Positions 50,179-62,024 of a DNA stretch of 64,000 nucleotides are shown in pieces. The notes under the pieces were generated by a model. It searched no databases. It saw only the letters and a list, made by a program, of their open reading frames with translations, and was not told the origin of the DNA. A program made the translations under genes and the position numbers. This DNA comes from Ophelia neglecta (taxonomy: Eukaryota), in NCBI GenBank assembly GCA_965285935.1, contig OZ260667.1:8308001-8372000 (forward strand). The letters run 5' to 3'. Numbering within the stretch: the stretch's first letter is position 1; each line of letters starts with the position of its first letter.

Positions 50179-52586
50179 CTGAATAATTAAACAGCATAAT
50201 TCTACTATCACAATGTATCACTAACAGTGGTATTGTACATGGAAAGAAACTATATAAATTGCGCTGGAAAACTGGGAATTACGGCTTTTCAACTATCCAG
50301 TTATTTCAGGGATGCAAAACGATTACATCTTTCCGTTCTGTTTTCAAAATCAATCAATATGAGGATGGTAGCATTAAGACACATTGGACTCCGGAAATTA
50401 AGCTTCACGCACAATTAATTAATCAGGTTTAAGTTCTGAACCATTAAGACTCCGTTTTATTGGAAATAGTAATGGTTTCTGTACACCTTAATGAGAAAGT
50501 AACATCGGCAATGTATATCTATGAGCTATCTATTATTGTGATCCCCCGCTCCTTAACACATGTGAAATAGTAATATGGCGGTGTTTGATGTGGTTTACAA
50601 ACTACCTACCCAAAATGCCTTCCCTATTTGAACATGCACATTGATAGAAAACATATGGAAATGTTTTTAACCTAGCCGACATGTAATAAATGCCCCGCTG
50701 CACATTCAGACAAGTATCCACTATGGTTTTATGCCAAACTACAGTGCCAAAATATAAAAAATCGGTCAAAGAAACATGATTTAATTTTTGCAATTAAGTT
50801 TTCCTGGAAAGAAATCTATTATTTTGATGGATGTCAATGTTGTTTGGTGTTAATTCCTAGTCAGAGCTACTAGATTTATTTGAAATCATTTGTGCTGTAA
50901 ACAAGAGTTACATTAATGGACCAGATGGGTACCCTAGAAAATGCATTAATATCTAACCCCAAGGGGGGCTTCCCAAGTAACACAAAACATGTGTGCGATT
51001 CGAGAGAGTAACATAAATATACCAGCTGGCAGCTGGATACCCTCGAATGTCTATTATTAGAGCTCAAGAAGGAATAGCTAGTTACCTACCTGATAAACGC
51101 CGCGATTTGCTGTAATATACGGCTAAAGTCGCCAGCTATCCAACTGTAGATAACGTCTGGTGACACACTTCCTTGTCCTGAATTTCTTATAGAACACACA
51201 TAATTTTGTCTCAGTCTGCACGCCGTTTATTTTCTATAGCTTTATAGTAAGCAATCTTCCATGCATGGCTTCGTCCTACCCAATTTAGCTGTAGCCAGAC
51301 TCATGGGCACATGTGTACTTTTTCTTTCCATCTTTTCTGTCTGTATTTGGCGTGAGTATAATGTTTCATCCCCGGCAAAGTTAGCTATAAAAACAATCTT
51401 TATACCAAGACGTCAATGCCTTTCAATACAGCGCGGTTTTATTCACTGAGGTAGGATGTGTGGTAGGAAGGCGGAGGAAAGAAGGGAAGGGGGTGCGGGT
51501 TAGGGGACGGGGGTAGGGGGAATAGGGGCGGAGTAGACAATTAACGAGTTGTCGATTACAGGAGTATGTAGGTAGGGGAGTATGGGAATGGTGGAGGGGG
51601 GGGGGGACAACATTCAGACGCAGTGGTTAAACAATTACGACATTTCTCTGTCGTATTTTAATGCAGGTGTCCCAACACGCTGAATAGGGAAAATAGGAGG
51701 GCAAAAGCCCTCATCTTTGCCCATTGGCAATATAGTGCCGTAGGTTATATTATTATTATTTTATATATATTGCATTTATTTGCTAAATAAAAACTTAAAA
51801 CCATATACTTCTAATGCGTTGTGCATTGTAAAACAAAGCAGAATTATATAAGAAACTAGACAAAAGGTGGACAACAGTTACTCAATATTACCAGCTAATT
51901 CGTATGCTTTCAACAGTAAAACGTAAAAACCGCCAAGGAAGTAACTTCAGTGTATATGTCCGTGAAATGTATACACTGTAGGCCATGCGGTATAAAAGGT
52001 ATGTCTCCGAATTATATTTAAAATTGCTATGGCGTCTGATTGTATCAGGTCCTAGGGATGGTTCTGAACAGGCACAAGGAAAGCAGGGCATGCTTTGCGG
52101 CATTCATGCGTTAGTGTAACATACATGTTAGTCTACAAATGATCCGCTGTCTGGGTAATCTTGTTCACAGTGGCTTAAAGCTGAGGCAAGGGTCAAAAAG
52201 GGAAAAAATAACATTTTTAAATTTCATTGAAGTGTCACAAATACCAATTATTTTGTTAAATGTCCATGTAGTGGCACCAATACCAATTTATATTTTATAT
52301 TCGAGAAATAATCATCCTTTGTAACACCCCGGAGACAATTAAAGCTTAAATGATCGTGGCTCATGTTACCTTATAAATTTCTTCCATATTTCATGTGATA
52401 TCAAGCGTAAAATCTTATCCTTTTAGTTATATTAACATGTGAATTCATTCTTAAAAATTAAATTGTTCATTTCGAAGATTTTTCCATGATTTCATCATCA
52501 TGCAAAGTGAAATAGGATGCTTTTTCAATTAGTTGATGTTTAATAAGGATATGACTGTTGCTTGTGTGACCCAGGGGGGTTGTGTA

Positions 52587-53315
52587 TTAGTCCAGAGGAC
52601 CAGATACCAACTGGGTTCTGTATCTATCCGGCGGTGGTGTGCTGTCAAAAGGACTGTAATCTGGCGGTGCACCATCTCGAGGCAGCCTTCGCCGTTTGTT
52701 GACGGGATGGATGCAGTCGTCCACTATTGGGATGTGTTTGTTTGAGCTTCTGTATTGATGGCCTTGAAAGTTGATTGATGACGGGCACCCTTCGCCTCTC
52801 TCTGGCTGGTGTATTGGTCTTCTTGTCTTGTTTTCTCTATCTGGGACCTGTGGCTCGTTTATCATGTACCCTTGGTCATACTCTTGCCTATTCCTCTCTA
52901 CTATATTCATCCCATCCGGCCGGTACGTTGGTATTCTAGTCCCGTTTTGCCTATATGCGTCGCCAGGTTCTTTTATCAGGTGTAGATACCCATGGCTTTG
53001 CTCCGGTTTATTTCTCTTATTTAAGTCCATCTCGCGGAGCGGGTAATTGTAATCATGTCCATCATGCCCCATAACGTTCATATCTGCTCCTCGGCTGATA
53101 GTATCCATCTGCCCGTCGACGTTTACACCGCTTCCTCTCCTCTCCAACGCGGACTCGGGTTTATATCTTACCCTAATGCAGACACAGAAGACGATAGACA
53201 ATATGATGATCAGCGCTCCAGCGACTGAGCATCCTATTATCACATACAACACAGTCTTGTCTGTGTTGTACCGGACAACACCAAGTTGATAAGTGGCACT
53301 GAATCCAACCTGTAC
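52587..53315 (-). CDS. Gene 3 terminal exon: transmembrane helix and long Tyr/Pro-motif tail
   Basis: Within ORF 52587-53372: VLYVIIGCSVAGALIIILSIVFCVCI then RVRYK; tail has GYLHL, GYMI and PPDY. Confidence 0.88.
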   Translation of the reverse strand, partial: VQVGFSATYQLGVVRYNTDKTVLYVIIGCSVAGALIIILSIVFCVCIRVRYKPESALERRGSGVNVDGQMDTISRGADMNVMGHDGHDYNYPLREMDLNKRNKPEQSHGYLHLIKEPGDAYRQNGTRIPTYRPDGMNIVERNRQEYDQGYMINEPQVPDRENKTRRPIHQPERGEGCPSSINFQGHQYRSSNKHIPIVDDCIHPVNKRRRLPRDGAPPDYSPFDSTPPPDRYRTQLVSGPLD

Positions 53316-56300
53316 CTGTAAGACAATATAATAGTTTTCTGTTGTTCCTTGTAAGAAAGAAATCAAAGTCAAAATACCAACAAATAATACTAAGAAAGCA
53401 CCATAGGATTTAAATCCAACCGATGCTGGTCTCCAAACACCGGATGTTTTGCATTTATAAAGCGAACAAGTATTTCATATCAAGCCAATTAGCCTCTTTG
53501 TGGCACCTTTGGATATAATGTGCTATTGATATTTTATTCTATGATTGTCTGAGGCAGTTGAGATAATACAAATGTAGCTCACAAACCTGTAAGTAGTATG
53601 CTTTCTCTCCCAGTAGTATCTCATCGGGTTTCTGGCTGGGTGAGTCACCAGGAGGTAAACACAGCAGTTCATTATGAACTAACTTTTCAGTCTGACACTG
53701 ACCCTGTCCGATATTAATTATATAGTCTTCTTTGGTACAGCCCTTGTCCATTGACTCTCCCTACAAAAAAGTCATAATTGACTACATCATAATTAGGTCA
53801 TCATCTTTGATCATTGCAAACATACATACTTACTCTTTCATTTAGTCTTCATTAATGCAATAATGATATATAAGACTGGTTGCTGGTCAGTTTGGAATCG
53901 CTTTTACATTGGTCTAGAATCGCTTTTTTACGGTTTGAGATATTTCTTTATACTATAATTTAAGACATTGCTGTGAGAATATAAATTGCCTCATTGAATT
54001 TCACTGGGCATTTGTATAACAAAATGTGGGACCAAACTGAAAGTAGGAATTGATTTTCTATATTCAAGACAGCTGGGAAATGATGGGTAATTTCGCACAC
54101 TGAGTAGTATTCTGCGCACAACTTGTTAATTACAGTTCATTTCTAAAGAAACCGCCATTGTGCCTTTTTACTCTACTTCCTGGGCGGAATAACACTGCTC
54201 ACAGCACGGATAACGCGATGCGTCAAATTATCCTTCTATACTATGCGCGAAAAAAGCCTACTTTTTGCGAGAAGTAAAGCTAGTTTCTGTGCCAAATAAA
54301 AAAAGTGAAATAACCGAACTCTAGTAATTTAATTTGCATGTTAGAAATTGTTAGCAAAGTTCTCGATTAGCGTATAAGCGTCACAGATAGCCAGATTTTC
54401 CTTAAATGCGATATAACATAACTAACTTCAATTGATAAATATTTCCCAGATTCTATAATTTTCTCTTCATCAAATGTCTCAAACTTTGGGTCGGCAAACA
54501 CAATTAATCGTGAGTATTGAGGCAGGGAGGCAGACAAGTTCCGGTAGGTTGGTACTCCATCTAGCTTCAACCCTATATACAACTCATAGGAGTCTATATT
54601 GTCCTGACTGATGTAGCCTGTCGTGTTGGGAGTCTGACATACCATCGAGCTGTAGGTTAATGTAGTCTTGTCACATTCCTGTGGATACAAAACCAACTGG
54701 TTTTAGCTGGTTTTAGCGAGCTACTTAATATTCTTCAATAAATGCAATATTTGGAAGTAACAATCAGATTTGGAACCTTACTGGTCATATAAAAACACAT
54801 GATTATGTCATTTAAACGTCTGGGAGAAGATACGGTAGGCAAACCAAAATCGTTAATCAAAAATAGTCCATAGAATCAGTCAGGGACCGTCCTGTGCTAC
54901 GTCATTCACAGGAGTCATTCTCTTTCTAGATTAACCAGTCCTGGGATTCGTTTTGTTATTTGAGAAAATGATGTGTTGTAGGGGCTTACACTAGTTAGTT
55001 CAACTTGTTTTGTCGCTGCCTCCTTCTCTTTTGGTTTCAGATTAATTTGTAGTTCCGGATCCGCCACTGAATCTAAATACTGTCCTTCTACTGTTAATTT
55101 TGTACCGCCGCTGTCAATCAAATAGTTTGGCTTATTATTATTTAAAACAAGAAATTTTAAGTTTAGTTCGGGAAAATCTATGTGACATATACAAACACAT
55201 ATACACAAATAATTAAAAAAAACTTTATCGCCTTAGCTCCATCTTTCGTCGGCATCAATGACTTGTATCGAAAACAGAACAAAAGGTGCGCAAAAATCAA
55301 ATAAATCTGGAAGTACCTTGTAATTGTGTCCAGGGGGTGAATACTCGCCACAATAGGGTCCGGTCTATATGTGAAGGTAAATGGAGAGGTGATAACTGTG
55401 CCGTCCTTCCTCAGGAGCTTGATAGGTAAGGCTTGATCTGTTTGATTGCCTTCTGGTGTTCTCAGAAAAAATACCGAAGAAGCCCTGAGGTGTATAAATG
55501 GTAGATCACGAGTTAATGTGTTTACTAAATAATTGTTTTGCAAAGATTGGTATTCATTTCAGATTATATATTATTCAAGCTCATGCATTTATTTTCTCCA
55601 CACGAACGACGTGAAGGGGAATAATACTCGGCAGAATAAATTTGTCATTTAACTAAGGGGAATAAGTTTCAGTATTTTACGAATTCATTGACATTAGACA
55701 GTTTAATTAATACCAAGCAAAGTTGACAATTTGATGATTTCCCACAATAATTGATTTTAATTGCTCTGGAAGAAGCCTTGTCGTCGTAATATTCATCTTG
55801 GTTCCGCCGGAAGTTGGTCCATGGCCAGGTACAACATGTGTCACTACAGAAAATGGGAAGTTAATGAATGCAAAGACAGAAAAACACAGCATAAACCTGA
55901 AAGTAGGACTTTTCATGATACCAATAACATGATTGTAGATATATATGGTGGTTCCTTTCATACAGTCCTATGGATTCATTTACTTATGATTTATCTATTC
56001 CTTCATAACCATGAGTTTACATATTGGTGATCATTAAAAGAGGTAATATTTTTTAACCTAAGGGAGGCAGTTCACAGCTAATAGGGGCTGGACGGTGCTT
56101 CTTCATCGCAAAAGATTACCTTTTTGATATTGACTTTCTATCAAAAAAATTATTTCGAAGATTATCTTCTAATGTTTATTTGCATAAGGGTAACGTTTTA
56201 CCAAAAGGTTGGCTTTTCGCAGATTTCCTTTTTAACGGTTATTTTTTTTTTTACAAATTTCTATAATATTCACACCCTAGGCAAATGATGGCAATAAAAG

Positions 56301-59300
56301 AAATAAAATAGATGTATCTGATATGTGGTAAGATGACTTGATTATTAGCTAGTAGTGTGTGGTATGCGGTAGAGATAACTAAGTAGTGTTATACCTTTCG
56401 ATGCAATCGGCCTTTTAGTGGTATCCGCCTGCACTGAGGCAGTGGTCGATTCAGTTATCATCACGTCTGTTACTTATTCGTTGATAAAATAAAAAATGAT
56501 GCAATTACATAAATAGACATTTTTATTCCGAATCTACTTACTAGTAAATAACATTTTAAAACAATATCTTCCAATACACACTAATCTACTTTTAAGTAGA
56601 TTTAAGGGAGTATTTTTGAGATTTGTTTTCTATTAAAAAAAAATATATCGAAGATTATCCATTTTATGTATATTCCTTGAGGGCAATGTTTTATCAGAAG
56701 GTTGGCTTTTCGCAGAATTGCTATCTAACGTTAAGTTTTTTTGAGAACTTTCTATAAAAATCATATCCTAGGCACATGGCTGTAAAATATGATATGTGGT
56801 AAGATGACTTGACTACAAGCTTTTAGTGTGTGGTATGCAGAAGAGATAACGAAGTAGTGTTATACCTTTCGATGACATCGGCTCTTCCATCTTTTTGGTG
56901 GTTGCCGTCTCCACTGAGTCAGTGGTCGATTCAGTTATCATAACGTCTGTTACTTATTCGTTGATAAAATAAAAAATGCTATAAGTACATAACTGAAATT
57001 CTCTGCCCCGAATATACTTACTAAGAAAATAATAGTTTAAAACAATGTCTTCCAATACACACTAATTTACTTTTTTTTAGTAGATTAAGGGAGTATTCAT
57101 GTTTAATAATTCTTCTTTGCCTTTGTTGGATATCCAATTCTTTTTGGTATAAGATCGTCTTTGTTTACCTAGACACATGACTCCTGCATCTCTATCGTGA
57201 GTACAGTTATGTTCCCCGAGTTCATTTTGTAAACAAGACTCCAGAAAACGTTCTGATCCATTGCACTTGACAGAACTGAGCCAGATCTGTCCATTACCAG
57301 GGCCGAAATATGCTCCTGTCTTAGCTATCCCTCCACTATAACCCAGCTCTCTACACACTACGCTGTAATAGAAAGTTCCGAGGATTATAGACAATGTAGA
57401 CTGGAAAAAGAGAGAAGTAAACCATTTTTATAGTTATAGTTAAGATGGTGGAGGTTGGGAGAAGATGGGTGGGAGGGCGAGGCTTATTTAGTCGTACTTA
57501 TGCAGTCTTCATTTGAGCAGAAGGTACCCTTCTTTAACACACAATGTAAAGGTAAGCAGGTTGATCAAACGTGGTGTCTGTGAACCTGCGGGTGAACCTG
57601 CTGTATACCAGACATTACTCATGTATTACGTATAAGCTGCGATTTATCGATACCGTGATCAGCCATTTATTTTGTGTAGACCTGGCGCTTATTATAGGCC
57701 GGCGTTTATAGATAGTGGTCATCTCGAAGACTGAACGTTATCACGAAATTACACGACTTTACCCGATACTGCATTATGGAAAATATGGCAATACCGGGCA
57801 TCTTCATCATCCCAGCCTTCGTCACAAGCAGTCCCCCAGGATTCATTGCGGTAAACTTCCACAAGACCTTCGTATGAAGTTGTTCCACTAGTCAGTCGGA
57901 CTTTATCTGAGGAACAATGTAAATCTAAACTACGAATAGCTTCATTTAAGTATTTAAATTATCAAAGACTGCTAAAGGTTTGAAGAGACTGGAGAGACAT
58001 ATAAGCCTATACGCTATCGTGATACTTTTTTTAGAGGATTTTCCAGGTGGGAAACGTGCTTAGTACCCGTTTTTGAACAAATTATGTGTTTCAGCTCATT
58101 GCAGTCACTGTCGTGCCAAGTACCATCAAATTGCATGCACAAGCAATCAAAGCCTGTTATATTCTTCGGCTGCCCTGAAAATACAAGGGATTGTATAATT
58201 TCGACCTTTACTAAAATTAACGCGTAGAGCTTAATTTTTTCATATAGATTCAATAACAACTAAAAGCTTTTTCACATATACGCATCCATTGGAGGACTCA
58301 TGTTATATAATCTAAAGTATTTTTATTTGCCGGTATGCAGTTACTGGCCGTATTTTCCAGCAATAGGCCACAGAGTTTTTTTTTGATCGTGATACATATG
58401 TTGTGTGCTAATCTATGGCGGCACATCAAATGATAAAGAAAAGAAATAGCCTCGAATAATTTTCAAAAGAGACCGCAAAATAACCTTTTGTAAAATTATT
58501 TTATGATTCAAGTTTTCACACCTCTTGCATGTTCTTTGCATTTCGTAATATCAATATATGGCATTATAAGGCCGACAGTCGAAGACGGATATGACAGACC
58601 TTGGGGCGGGGGGGGGGGGGGGCAAATTTACTCGAAAATATCCAATCTGCGTCAACGGAAGTCCAAAATACCCCAAAACCAATGGATTATAAATGACTAA
58701 AACGCTCCAAAACGAGGAGTGCCTTGAAAGGAATAGCGAGGCTTCTTATACCATAATAAAGGAAGGCTACCAAAACCAAATAGTGCATCTATTGCATAAG
58801 CCTGTGTCTGGCATGGCCCGCAGAATTCGGCCAAAAACTCGCGGAACGGATCTTATTAGTCGAGAAAAAAACTTTGACTTTGCTGCCCAGAATCACGCCC
58901 GAAACGCGCGGACGTCCTCTAAAAACATGCTATAATTTTGGTGCCGCGCGAACCACGGTTGGTAACAAAAATACACCTTTTTCTAGGAATGGGTGTATAT
59001 AAAGGATGTGTGTACAAAGCAAGTATGCAGTGAACACCGATTTCTATACAAGTATAATCTTATTTGTCTTGGAACTGTAAAATTAAAGGCATTATTACCA
59101 ATAAATTGACAGGGGTATATTTGCAGACTGATCTAATTAAAGACATAGGCCTAAATAGAAATGTTCCCACCAGGATACCAGTTTGTCCATCCAAAGGGGG
59201 TACCGTCCACCCAGGTCCATTGACCTTCTATGACGATATCGTTCCCACCCAACCAGGGAATATCACTTGTTATTGTAAAAAGATCTGTGGAAAAAGAACG

Positions 59301-60252
59301 ACATTCAGTGCTAATTATAACTTCAGTCTCGACAGATATTCTACCTACTAAGAAAGTTTGATTCTTATATTTAAACAGCCCATTACATTGTCTTATGAAT
59401 ATTATTCACTTGCGCCCCCCTCCCTTCAGAATTAGTTTTTTTTTTTGCCCACCACGCAAGGAGACTGTCGTTATTGTATGGATTTGACGTCCGTATGTGT
59501 CCACATTACGAGCGACACCTTTCAACCAAACTTTATGTCTCATCTACCTAAGATAATTTGGTTTTCTTCCGGCGATCTCGCAGATGCCAAAGTACCTCCG
59601 AGGCCTGCGCAGACGAGTTTGGAATCGGCGTATCCAGAATAGAAAGGCGCGAATCGATAACATGCCCGAGTCTGATTACTGTATGACCAGTCGATATCAC
59701 AGTCTGAAAGGGAAAGAGACATTGATAAGCTGGTCTTTTTACTTGAAATGTTACCAGTAAACAGATAACCACTGTTATGGAAAGAGGTTTAATATCGTTA
59801 TCATCTTTTTGTTTAGGGCCATTCTCGGTGGTGTTTCCCACTTTAACGGATGAGATCGATCTGATGTAAAGAACCCACACACAATCTAAGCCCCTTGGCT
59901 TGGTCACCCTCTTAGGTCACTAGGGGAGGAGGGTCTGCTCTAAAGTGAGTAGGACAGTGAAGTGACACCGACAATGCTCACATTGCCGGTCTCATTTATT
60001 CCCGCGAGGGCCGCGAGGTAGAAAGGGGTCTGTGAGCAGGGTAGACTGCGAGCTTGTCTAGTCGATCCCTTCGTAGTATCGACTACACTATAAAACAATT
60101 TTTATTCAAGAAATCAATATGTTACGTTTGCACCTGGGAGTAGACTAAAGTAAGCCACAATTTAAAACTAGCCACGCACCATGTATAACATTGGCGTTCG
60201 CTATAATGCCGACAAATAAAAAACTACTTTAAACCGGGCTGATATCACACAT
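52587..60252 (-). CDS. Gene 3: paralogous C-type lectin - SRCR - IPT/TIG membrane receptor, about 827 codons; first exon uncertain
   Basis: Exons 60252-60180 (candidate signal exon with in-frame TAA), 59703-59548, 59284-59171, 58174-58067 (CTL), 57906-57795, 57362-57169 (SRCR), 56946-56866 and 56466-56395 (duplicated linker), 55843-55714, 55484-55317, 55110-54990, 54678-54427, 53760-53587 (IPT), 53315-52587 (TM and tail). Exon sizes 156/112/194/130/168/121/174 are identical to gene 2. Confidence 0.85.
53587..55843 (-). CDS. Gene 3 IPT/TIG domains (5 exons)
   Basis: VVPGHGPTSGGTKMNI; FTFTYRPDPIVASIHP; GGTKLTVEGQYLDSVADP; MVCQTP; INIGQGQC...ELLCLPP. Confidence 0.85.
56135..57075. repeat. Tandem duplication (about 480 bp) containing the gene 3 linker exon
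   Basis: About 56135-56595 matches about 56630-57075, including the exon and both splice sites. Confidence 0.85.
57169..57906 (-). CDS. Gene 3 SRCR domain (2 exons)
   Basis: KVRLTSG...EGLVEVY...SWGTACDEGWDDEDAR / VVCRELGY...YFGPGNGQIWLSSVKCNGSE..L..C...HNCTHDRDAGVMC. Confidence 0.95.
58067..59703 (-). CDS. Gene 3 C-type lectin domain (3 exons)
   Basis: DCDIDWSY...ACY...C...GGTLAS..S.EEN / PWLGGND...EGQWTWVDGTPFGWTNWYPG / QPKN...DCLCM..DGTWHDSDC.....IC. Confidence 0.92.
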
Positions 60253-62024
60253 CGTCTAGTTAAGTATAGGCCTATCCAGTCTAAAGCATTTTGATAGCCA
60301 AAATAAATAGTCTAATACCGCACAGAAAGTAAGACCATTCCGCACAGCATGAGGACTTGTTTCCATCACAAGGTCAAGACCATGGCAGCAGTTTATTGAG
60401 TTGTTAATTCCGCATAGTAAATAATCTAAATCCGCGCGCGAATAAAGCAAATTACTACGCGAAAATATCCGATTTTACCCTATGATATAGACATAAAACA
60501 TAGAGAACACGAATATATCAAATCTAGTATATTCAGTACCAATATTATAACCCAGCACTCCACAAGCCCCACTTCGCCAACATAATACACGTATGAAGAA
60601 AGTTGTACGGCGCTTCAGTATTAAAGCTGCACATTACTGAATATCTCATGGAAATTTGGCAAATACACTATCAAAGGCTTGTCAATGATAAGTAGACTTG
60701 ACTGGCGGTATGCCAGAAATACCAGAAGCCATTCATACTTATGTTTAATGTAAGCATGTATCTCAGGAATTCATCACTGTGTGCCGCGGTTATAATTAAA
60801 CTTAACCTGTGAAGCGTTCACAAGCTACTTCCTTGTGGCTTGGCTGAAAATGGCGGCAACGAAAACTGAAGGTCTCAAATATCACGTTCTAATTATTGGT
60901 TTATAATCCCATCAAACTATAAGGTTCGATCAGTCTGGTTTGGTAACATGAAAAACAGACTTTAATCGTTCAAATGTAAATTAAATATTATAATTAAATC
61001 TTGAAAACATGTTTTTTTTTGCATAATTAAGCAGCATTCTTTCGGCTATAGCCCAGAGCGTAAGCTACACGGCTTGTACCCCACACGGCTTTCACCCTAC
61101 GCGTCTTTATGATTTAAGGAAGATGAATATTGGAGGCAATATTTAGTGTCGACGGTTGGATTGAACCTAAGGAATGACAAACTATTTATGTTACATAACA
61201 ACACGGAGCGAAGAAACGTATTACGTGCCATATAGGAAAAGCTATGACGTCATTTAAAACAGATGGTGTCACTAGAAACCTCCTGTCTCAGAATCAAACT
61301 AAGTAATCGCTGCGGTGCATGATAAGGTAAAGAAGGATTATTTTTGTGCATCGGTTTTTTCCTCACGGGATATACACTAATTCTGCGCATAGAATAAGGA
61401 CGGGACTATATAGTTCGCGCATCGTTTAGTTTCATAAAGTAAGTTGCCTACCCTGCTCACAGTGCCAATAACGTGACTATAACCACTGTGATCTGTGTGT
61501 ACGTTGCCTTATTTCGCCCGAACTTAATGAGGCAACGCCTACTCACTTCAATCAACTAAAAAATGGGCAAAATCACCAGATTCTATCCTGCAGCCTTATT
61601 GGGTTAAGTTTAGTAGCGTTTGGGTTAGTTTTTCACTAACCTTCTGGCTCTAATCCATTGACATGAGGTATGTAAACACAACACCACTGTAAAGCGCTCC
61701 ACCAAACACCAAATATAAAGAGGTTTGTCATCTACACGGATAAACGCGTACATTTTAGAAATATTTAGAAATTATGCTTGTACATTTGTATAATATGAGT
61801 GCAATGTAGCATTATCATAGTCTGCTCACTTTCTGAAAGAACATATCATCGCATGTACTTACTGGGATTCCCGTGCCTTCTTACCACGTACTAATAAACC
61901 ATTAAACATTGTTATCCTTTTCATCAAAGTGACCCACTACACGTCCATCAGTATCTTATTATTAAAGGGTAAAAAAACTGTTTACAGTTATGAAATGGTC
62001 AATCATAACGTTTCCTAGATTCCC

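Noticed and set aside
40632-55843. Calling genes 2 and 3 plexin or MET orthologs
   Set aside because: No Sema, PSI, GAP or kinase domain seen; only the IPT stalk is shared, so no symbol was assigned.
60256-60450. ORF METSPHAVRNG... as the gene 3 first exon
   Set aside because: No good signal peptide and no convincing phase-1 donor before its stop.
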